This document shows, one piece after another, positions 6,916 to 12,293 of a stretch of 12,293 nucleotides of DNA. Position 1 is the stretch's first letter. Each line of letters opens with the position of its first letter. Made by a program: the position numbers and the translations under genes. The DNA comes from a bacterium (GTDB lineage Bacteria; Zhuqueibacterota; Zhuqueibacteria; Oceanimicrobiales; Oceanimicrobiaceae). Below the pieces are notes generated by a model that did no database searches, was not told where the DNA came from, and saw only the letters and a list, made by a program, of their open reading frames with translations. The stretch lies in assembly GCA_046757025.1 (NCBI GenBank), contig JBHHXN010000156.1:1-12293 (forward strand), written 5' to 3'.

Positions 6916-8151
6916 ATGCATCCACGAGAATTTTTAAAATACTATAAATACGATGACCGTCTGGTCACTGGCAAATATTTTCCGCTGCAGCCGCTCACGG
7001 TAAAGAAAGGCGAAACCGTGGGTGTGGTACTCATGAATCTCGGCGGGCCCAATAATTTGTTGGAAATCGAACCGTTTCTCTACAATCTTTTCATGGATCC
7101 GGCCATCATTGATATTCCGTTACGTGGCATTTTGCGACACGCCTTGTCCAAATGGATCGCCCGCAAGCGTTCAATAAAAGTCGGTGAGGATTATGCGAAA
7201 ATCGGCGGCGGCTCGCCCATCAACAAGCTGACGCAGGAACAGGCAGAAAAGCTGGAACTTAGGTTGAATCAAGAGTACGGTGAGAGTTTGGAGGTTCAGT
7301 TCAAGGTGTACGTCGCCATGCGCTACTGGAAACCCGATTCGGAAGAGACCGCAAGACAAATGCAGCGAGAGGGCGTGGACAAAGTGGCGTTGCTGCCCTT
7401 GTACCCGCAGTATTCCAAAACTACCACCGGCTCTTCACTCATCTATTGGTGGATGCTGGAGCAGAAGCAGGAAATTCCCGTCTGGCCCACCACCTGCGTG
7501 CCGGAGTACGCTGCGCACCCGAAATACATTCAGGCCATCAGCGAGCGCATGGACGAAGCGCTGCAGCGATTTCCCCGCGAGGTGGTGAAGAAGGTGCACT
7601 TACTTTTCAGTGCGCACGGTACGCCGGTGAAAGAAATGAAGCAGCGTCGGGATCCTTATTGCTGTCTCATTCACGCCACGGTTTCAGAGGTAATGAAATT
7701 TCGCGAAAACGATTTGCCGTTTCACGTAGCGTTCCAGAGCAAAGTGGGACCGGCGGAGTGGCTCACTCCCAGCACGCCGGATAAACTTCAGGAGCTGGCC
7801 GAACAGGGTCACGAAGCGGTGCTCATCGTACCGGTGGCCTTTGTCACCGATCACATCGAAACGGCATTTGAGCTGAACATGCTGATTCGCAAGCAGGCGG
7901 CTTCCTTTGGAATCGAGCACTACGAAGTGACCGGCGGTCTCAATTCGCACCCGCTGTTTATCGAAGCGCTGGCGGAAGCGGTGGCTTCGCAAATTCAGTT
8001 CCCTGAATTCGAGCTGGCGGGGGAGCACCCGATTCCCAATTTGACTTACAGCGCTCTGCCAAAGTTTGAGTCGACTGAAAGAGATTGCCGCTGTCATCAG
8101 TGTGAACACATTCAGGAAGCGGTTTGTTGGAACGGGCAGTTGGGAGCATGA
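6916..8151 (+). CDS. hemH: Ferrochelatase with N-terminal extension and Cys-rich C-terminal tail
   Basis: GVVLMNLGGP, IGGGSPI, AMRYWKP, LPLYPQYSKTTTGSS, LLFSAHGTP, FQSKVGPAEWLTP, FVTDHIETAFEL. The NLGGP motif is typical of protoporphyrin ferrochelatases. Confidence 0.97.
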   Translation: MHPREFLKYYKYDDRLVTGKYFPLQPLTVKKGETVGVVLMNLGGPNNLLEIEPFLYNLFMDPAIIDIPLRGILRHALSKWIARKRSIKVGEDYAKIGGGSPINKLTQEQAEKLELRLNQEYGESLEVQFKVYVAMRYWKPDSEETARQMQREGVDKVALLPLYPQYSKTTTGSSLIYWWMLEQKQEIPVWPTTCVPEYAAHPKYIQAISERMDEALQRFPREVVKKVHLLFSAHGTPVKEMKQRRDPYCCLIHATVSEVMKFRENDLPFHVAFQSKVGPAEWLTPSTPDKLQELAEQGHEAVLIVPVAFVTDHIETAFELNMLIRKQAASFGIEHYEVTGGLNSHPLFIEALAEAVASQIQFPEFELAGEHPIPNLTYSALPKFESTERDCRCHQCEHIQEAVCWNGQLGA

Positions 8152-8183
8152 TGTAAGGTCCTTTTAAATGAAATAACTTGTAG

Positions 8184-9620
8184 ATGCATACTGACACAGA
8201 TCCCATTAAAGACGCCGTTATCATCGGCGCCGGCATTTCCGGGCTGGCCCTGGCTTTCAGGCTTAAGCAAGCGGGACTGGAAACGCTGGTGCTGGAGAAA
8301 ACCGCGCAGGCCGGCGGCGTCATGCAGACCGAGCAGGCGGACGGCTTTCTCATCGATTGCGGCCCAAACAGCACGCTGGACACCTCTCCCAAAATCCGAC
8401 AATTTCTTTCCGACGTCGGACTGACGGACTCGCGGCTGGACGCCAACGCCTGTGCCAATCGGCGGTACATTCTGCGCGGCGGCAAGCTGCAAGCGCTGCC
8501 CATGAATCCGCTGCAATTTATGAAGTCCGGACTTTTTTCAACCAGAGCGAAATTCAGACTACTGGCCGAGCCGTTTATCTCGCCGGCGCCAGCAGATAAA
8601 GAGGAAACCATCTCTGAATTTGTGGAGCGGCGCTTGGGCAGAGAATTTCTGGATTACGCCATCAATCCCTTTATTGCGGGGGTTTACGCCGGCGATCCCG
8701 ACCGGTTAAGCGTGCGCAGCGCCGTGGCGAAAATTTATACGCTGGAAAAAAAATACGGCAGTTTGATCAAAGGCGCCATCAAAGGGGCAAGGGAGCGAAA
8801 AAAACGCGCCGAAGTGGACAAAACCCGTGCGGGGTTGTTTTCATTCAAAAACGGCATGTCTGAATTGCCCACGACGCTGAGTGTGCATCTTAAACAAAAT
8901 ATTTTAGTGCAGACAGAACTCGAACAAATTACCCCGCCAGTGAGCAAAGACGGCCTTTACATCCTAAGAATAAATCAGGACGGCAAAGTCAGCACTGTGC
9001 AAACAAACGCGCTCATCTTTGCCACGCCGGCTTTTGTCACGGCGGGTTATTTGAGCGAAATAGATGTAAATCTGTCCGCGCAATTGCACGACATCAACTA
9101 TCCGCCGGTGGCCATGGTTTTTCTGGGATACAAAAACAATTATCGCTGCCGCCCGCTGGACGGATTTGGCTTTTTGGTGCCAAAAGTTGAACAGCGAAAT
9201 ATTTTAGGCGTCATCTGGAGCTCCACTCTTTTCCCGCAACGGGCGCCCGAAGGCGGCATCGCGGTCACGACGTTTGTGGGAGGGATGCGGCAACCGCAAC
9301 TGACTGAAAAAAGGGATGAAGATTTGATCGAGCTGGTGCGGCACGATTTAAAGGATTTGCTGCAATTACAGGGCGAGCCCGCCGTGGTTAAAATTAAGAA
9401 ATGGCCCAGAGCCATTCCCCAGTACGAGCTCGGACACCAGAAAAAAATCGCCGCCATTGAAAAGTGCGAAAGCGAGCGGCCGGGGCTGTTTATCACAGGC
9501 AATTTTCGCGGTGGCATTTCGGTGGGGGATTGCATCGTGCAGTCCGAAATCATGGCAGATAAAGTGCTTAAATTTTTCAAAACGAAGCCAGCCTTCGTTG
9601 AATCCAAAGTAAATGCGTAA
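8184..9620 (+). CDS. hemY: FAD-dependent protoporphyrinogen oxidase, HemY/PgoX family (often annotated hemG)
   Basis: FAD-binding IIGAGISGL, GPNS, IAGVYAGDP, DGFGFLVP, RAIPQY, GNFRGGISVGDCI; 478 aa; adjacent to ferrochelatase. Confidence 0.94.
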   Translation: MHTDTDPIKDAVIIGAGISGLALAFRLKQAGLETLVLEKTAQAGGVMQTEQADGFLIDCGPNSTLDTSPKIRQFLSDVGLTDSRLDANACANRRYILRGGKLQALPMNPLQFMKSGLFSTRAKFRLLAEPFISPAPADKEETISEFVERRLGREFLDYAINPFIAGVYAGDPDRLSVRSAVAKIYTLEKKYGSLIKGAIKGARERKKRAEVDKTRAGLFSFKNGMSELPTTLSVHLKQNILVQTELEQITPPVSKDGLYILRINQDGKVSTVQTNALIFATPAFVTAGYLSEIDVNLSAQLHDINYPPVAMVFLGYKNNYRCRPLDGFGFLVPKVEQRNILGVIWSSTLFPQRAPEGGIAVTTFVGGMRQPQLTEKRDEDLIELVRHDLKDLLQLQGEPAVVKIKKWPRAIPQYELGHQKKIAAIEKCESERPGLFITGNFRGGISVGDCIVQSEIMADKVLKFFKTKPAFVESKVNA

Positions 9621-9646
9621 GCTGAAAATAAATTAGGGAAACGAAA

Positions 9647-10618
9647 ATGTACAAACCGTTTTTTCGACCCCGACGTCTCAGGGGCACGCCTGAGATCAGG
9701 CGAATGGTGAGAGAAACTCAATTGTCGGTGGATGATTTGATCTACCCCCTTTTTGTGACTTTTGAAAAAAACGTCAGAAAGCCCATCGAGTCCATGCCGG
9801 GGCAGTACCAGTGGTCCATCGACTTGCTGGTCGCCGAAGTGCAGGAAGCGCAGCGGCTGGGGATTCCGGCGGTGCTGCTGTTCGGCATCCCCGAAACCAA
9901 AGACGCCACGGGCTCCGATTCCTATGATGACAACGGCATCATCCAGCGGGCGCTACGGGCGGTGAAAGAATCGGTGTCCGATATTCTGGTCATCACCGAT
10001 GTCTGTTTTTGCGAATACACCGATCACGGGCATTGTGGAATCGTCAAAGATAACTACGTGGACAACGACAGCACCCTGGAATTGCTAGCCAGACAGGCGG
10101 TTTCTCATGTGCAGGCCGGGGCGGATGTTGTGGCGCCTTCGGGCATGCTCGACGGCATGATCGGCGCCATTCGTCAGGGCCTGGACGGCGCCGGCTTTGA
10201 GCGAACACCGATTTTGAGTTACGCAGTCAAGTATGCGTCCAGCTTTTACGGCCCGTTTCGGGATGCGGTGGAATCGGCGCCGAAGTTTGGCGACCGCAAA
10301 ACCCACCAGATGGATCCGGCCAACGCCCTGGAAGCGCTGAGAGAAGCCGAGCTTGATGTGGAAGAAGGCGCTGACATGCTGATGGTCAAACCGGCGCTTT
10401 CGTATTTAGACGTTATCTGCCGGCTGAAAGATGGCTTCGAGCTGCCGGTGGCGGCCTACAATGTCAGCGGTGAATACGCCATGGTCAAAGCCGCGGCGCA
10501 GAAAGGCTGGATCGACGAGCACACCGTGACTTTGGAGATCCTGACCTCCATCAAGCGCGCCGGCGCGGATTTGATTTTGACGTACCATGCGAAAGAAGTC
10601 GCAAAATGGCTCGGTTAG
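9647..10618 (+). CDS. hemB: Porphobilinogen synthase (ALA dehydratase), Zn-type
   Basis: [20 protein letters not shown] (three catalytic-Zn cysteines), [49 protein letters not shown]. Confidence 0.98.
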   Translation: MYKPFFRPRRLRGTPEIRRMVRETQLSVDDLIYPLFVTFEKNVRKPIESMPGQYQWSIDLLVAEVQEAQRLGIPAVLLFGIPETKDATGSDSYDDNGIIQRALRAVKESVSDILVITDVCFCEYTDHGHCGIVKDNYVDNDSTLELLARQAVSHVQAGADVVAPSGMLDGMIGAIRQGLDGAGFERTPILSYAVKYASSFYGPFRDAVESAPKFGDRKTHQMDPANALEALREAELDVEEGADMLMVKPALSYLDVICRLKDGFELPVAAYNVSGEYAMVKAAAQKGWIDEHTVTLEILTSIKRAGADLILTYHAKEVAKWLG

Positions 10619-10651
10619 AAAGCATTTGAATTTAACGCGAAAGGCTTACCC

Positions 10652-11947
10652 GTGAAATATCAAAAATCAGAACGCCTGTTTGAGAGAGCGCAAAATGTCC
10701 TGCCGGGTGGGGTGAACAGTCCGGTTCGGGCATTTAAAGGAGTCGGGGGGACGCCGCTGTTTATTTCGAAGGCGCGGGGAGCGTATATTTACGACGCCGA
10801 CGAAAATCGCTACATCGATTATGTGGGCTCCTGGGGCCCGATGATTTTGGGGCACAAGCATCCGGTGGTGATTGAGGCGGTTATTAAGGCCATCGCCAGG
10901 GGGACCAGTTATGGCGCGCCGGCAGAAGTGGAAATGGAGCTGGCAGAAAGGGTGGTGCAGGCGGTGCCGTCAATCGAAATGGTGCGATTTGTGAATTCCG
11001 GCACCGAAGCCTCCATGAGCGCGCTACGGTTGGCGCGAGGCTTCACTCAGCGAGATAAAATTTTGAAATTCGAAGGTTGCTACCACGGTCACGCGGACAT
11101 GCTGTTGGTGCAGGCCGGCTCCGGCGTGACCACGCTGGGGCTGCCAGACAGTCCCGGCGTTCCAAAGGAGACCGTACAGAACACCCTGCTGGCGGAATTC
11201 AACAATCTGGAAAGCGTACAGCAATTGTTTGAGAGCCATCCCAATGAAATCGCTGCGGTGATCGTGGAGCCGGTGGCTGGCAACATGGGCGTGGTGCCAC
11301 CGCTGCCGGGCTTTCTTCAGGGCTTGCGAACCCTCACCGCTAACCACGGCGCCTTGCTCATTTTTGACGAAGTGATGACCGGTTTTCGCGTGGCCTACGG
11401 CGGGGCGCAAGCGCTTTTTGACGTACAACCCGATTTGACCTGTCTGGGTAAAATTATTGGAGGTGGATTCCCCGTGGGGGCTTTTGGCGGTAAACGCGAG
11501 ATCATGCAGATGCTGGCTCCCGTGGGACCGGTTTACCAGGCCGGAACCCTGTCCGGCAATCCCATCGCCATGACCGCCGGCCTGGAAACCTTAAAAGTGT
11601 TACAGCAGTCGGAAATTTACACCAATCTGGAAAGACGGTCTCAGCAATTGGCAGAGGGATTGAAAGCTGCGGCCGAAGTCAACCGCCTGCCGGTCTTTCA
11701 AACCCGAGTGGGTTCTATGTCGTGCCTGTTTTTTACGGATGCACCGGTCACGGATTTTAAATCGGCGAAATCGGCGGACACTAAGCGCTACGCCCGGTTT
11801 TTCCATGAAATGTTGAACCGGGGGAGCTATTTGGCCCCGTCGCAATTTGAAGCGGCGTTTGTCTCCACAGAGCATCAGGAAGAAGATATTGCTGAAACAT
11901 GTGAACACGCCCACGAAGCCATGAAACAGTTGAGGGATACGCGCTGA
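10652..11947 (+). CDS. hemL: Glutamate-1-semialdehyde 2,1-aminomutase
   Basis: [64 protein letters not shown] (PLP lysine), [13 protein letters not shown] start. Confidence 0.98.
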   Translation: MKYQKSERLFERAQNVLPGGVNSPVRAFKGVGGTPLFISKARGAYIYDADENRYIDYVGSWGPMILGHKHPVVIEAVIKAIARGTSYGAPAEVEMELAERVVQAVPSIEMVRFVNSGTEASMSALRLARGFTQRDKILKFEGCYHGHADMLLVQAGSGVTTLGLPDSPGVPKETVQNTLLAEFNNLESVQQLFESHPNEIAAVIVEPVAGNMGVVPPLPGFLQGLRTLTANHGALLIFDEVMTGFRVAYGGAQALFDVQPDLTCLGKIIGGGFPVGAFGGKREIMQMLAPVGPVYQAGTLSGNPIAMTAGLETLKVLQQSEIYTNLERRSQQLAEGLKAAAEVNRLPVFQTRVGSMSCLFFTDAPVTDFKSAKSADTKRYARFFHEMLNRGSYLAPSQFEAAFVSTEHQEEDIAETCEHAHEAMKQLRDTR

Positions 11948-11949
11948 TC

Positions 11950-12056
11950 CGGGTGAAAGGGTCACACCCGAACGGCCTTTCTGCCTGTCAGTTGTCGCAT
12001 TTGGTTTGGTAAATGTTTTCACCCAAAATCCGAATGCGCCCGGCAGGGCTGTTTCT
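11950..12056 (+). other. Structured RNA segment directly after hemL (hairpin plus long interrupted stem; possible terminator or attenuator)
   Basis: Stems CGGGTG/CACCCG (11950-11970), AACGGCC/GGCTGTT (11971-11977/12047-12053), CTGCC/GGCAG, CGCATTTGG/CCGAATGCG (11996-12004/12030-12038). Only a weak U-tract follows. Confidence 0.4.
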
Positions 12057-12208
12057 GTGAAGCATTAATTAAGACGTACCCGCCACCTTAACTCATTTCC
12101 AGCGGGGGCGATTCAATCAAATTGAGATTTGTTCAACTCAAAATTACCATCGGATAATTTGTTACCGCTCATCATGACGGTGGCAATTGACATAGATTTG
12201 GAGGGATT

Positions 12209-12293
12209 ATGCGAAACGCGGTCCATTTTATTCCAATTTTAACGAGTTTTATCACCCTTCCTTTCACCATCCTTCTTTTCCGACACTGGCGCC
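12209..12293 (+). CDS. 5' fragment of a probable integral membrane protein of unknown function (truncated by window end)
   Basis: GGAGG at 12200-12204 followed by ATG at 12209; open to the window end: MRNAVHFIPILTSFITLPFTILLFRHWR, a ~20-aa hydrophobic stretch followed by basic residues. Too short for the ORF track. Confidence 0.7.
   Translation, partial: MRNAVHFIPILTSFITLPFTILLFRHWR

Noticed and set aside
1127..12022. Numerous antisense and alternate-frame ORFs (e.g. 2364-3095, 5360-6169, 7958-8611, 9140-9721, 11600-12022)
   Set aside because: All overlap well-supported hem genes and lack recognisable motifs; they are typical shadow ORFs of coding DNA.
12187..12192. Perfect TTGACA -35 hexamer (another at 1031-1036)
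   Set aside because: No -10 hexamer at 16-18 nt spacing; at 12187 the -10 would fall on the start codon.

Overview
The window holds a contiguous, co-directional (+ strand) nine-gene heme b biosynthesis cluster: hemA-hemC-hemD-hemE-hemN-[365 bp gap]-hemH-hemY-hemB-hemL. It covers every step from glutamyl-tRNA to protoheme via the C5 route and, by inference, the protoporphyrin-dependent branch. A further gene for a probable membrane protein starts at 12209 and runs off the window edge. The upstream ~1 kb is AT-rich and mostly non-coding; it contains a 10-bp-periodic inverted-repeat element and several palindromic operator candidates. The hemN-hemH gap contains nested REP/MITE-like palindromic elements. 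The most interesting observations are (1) a ferrochelatase with an atypical cysteine arrangement (internal DPYCC plus a C-terminal CxCxxC-x7-C tail, and no Cys at the human C196 position), a candidate for a different Fe-S/metal-binding class; (2) the unidentified membrane gene following hemL; (3) a structured hemL 3' intergenic RNA with competing pairings; and (4) the nested repeats. I see no CRISPR array, tRNA/rRNA or transposase. All calls come from motif recognition by eye; no searches were run.
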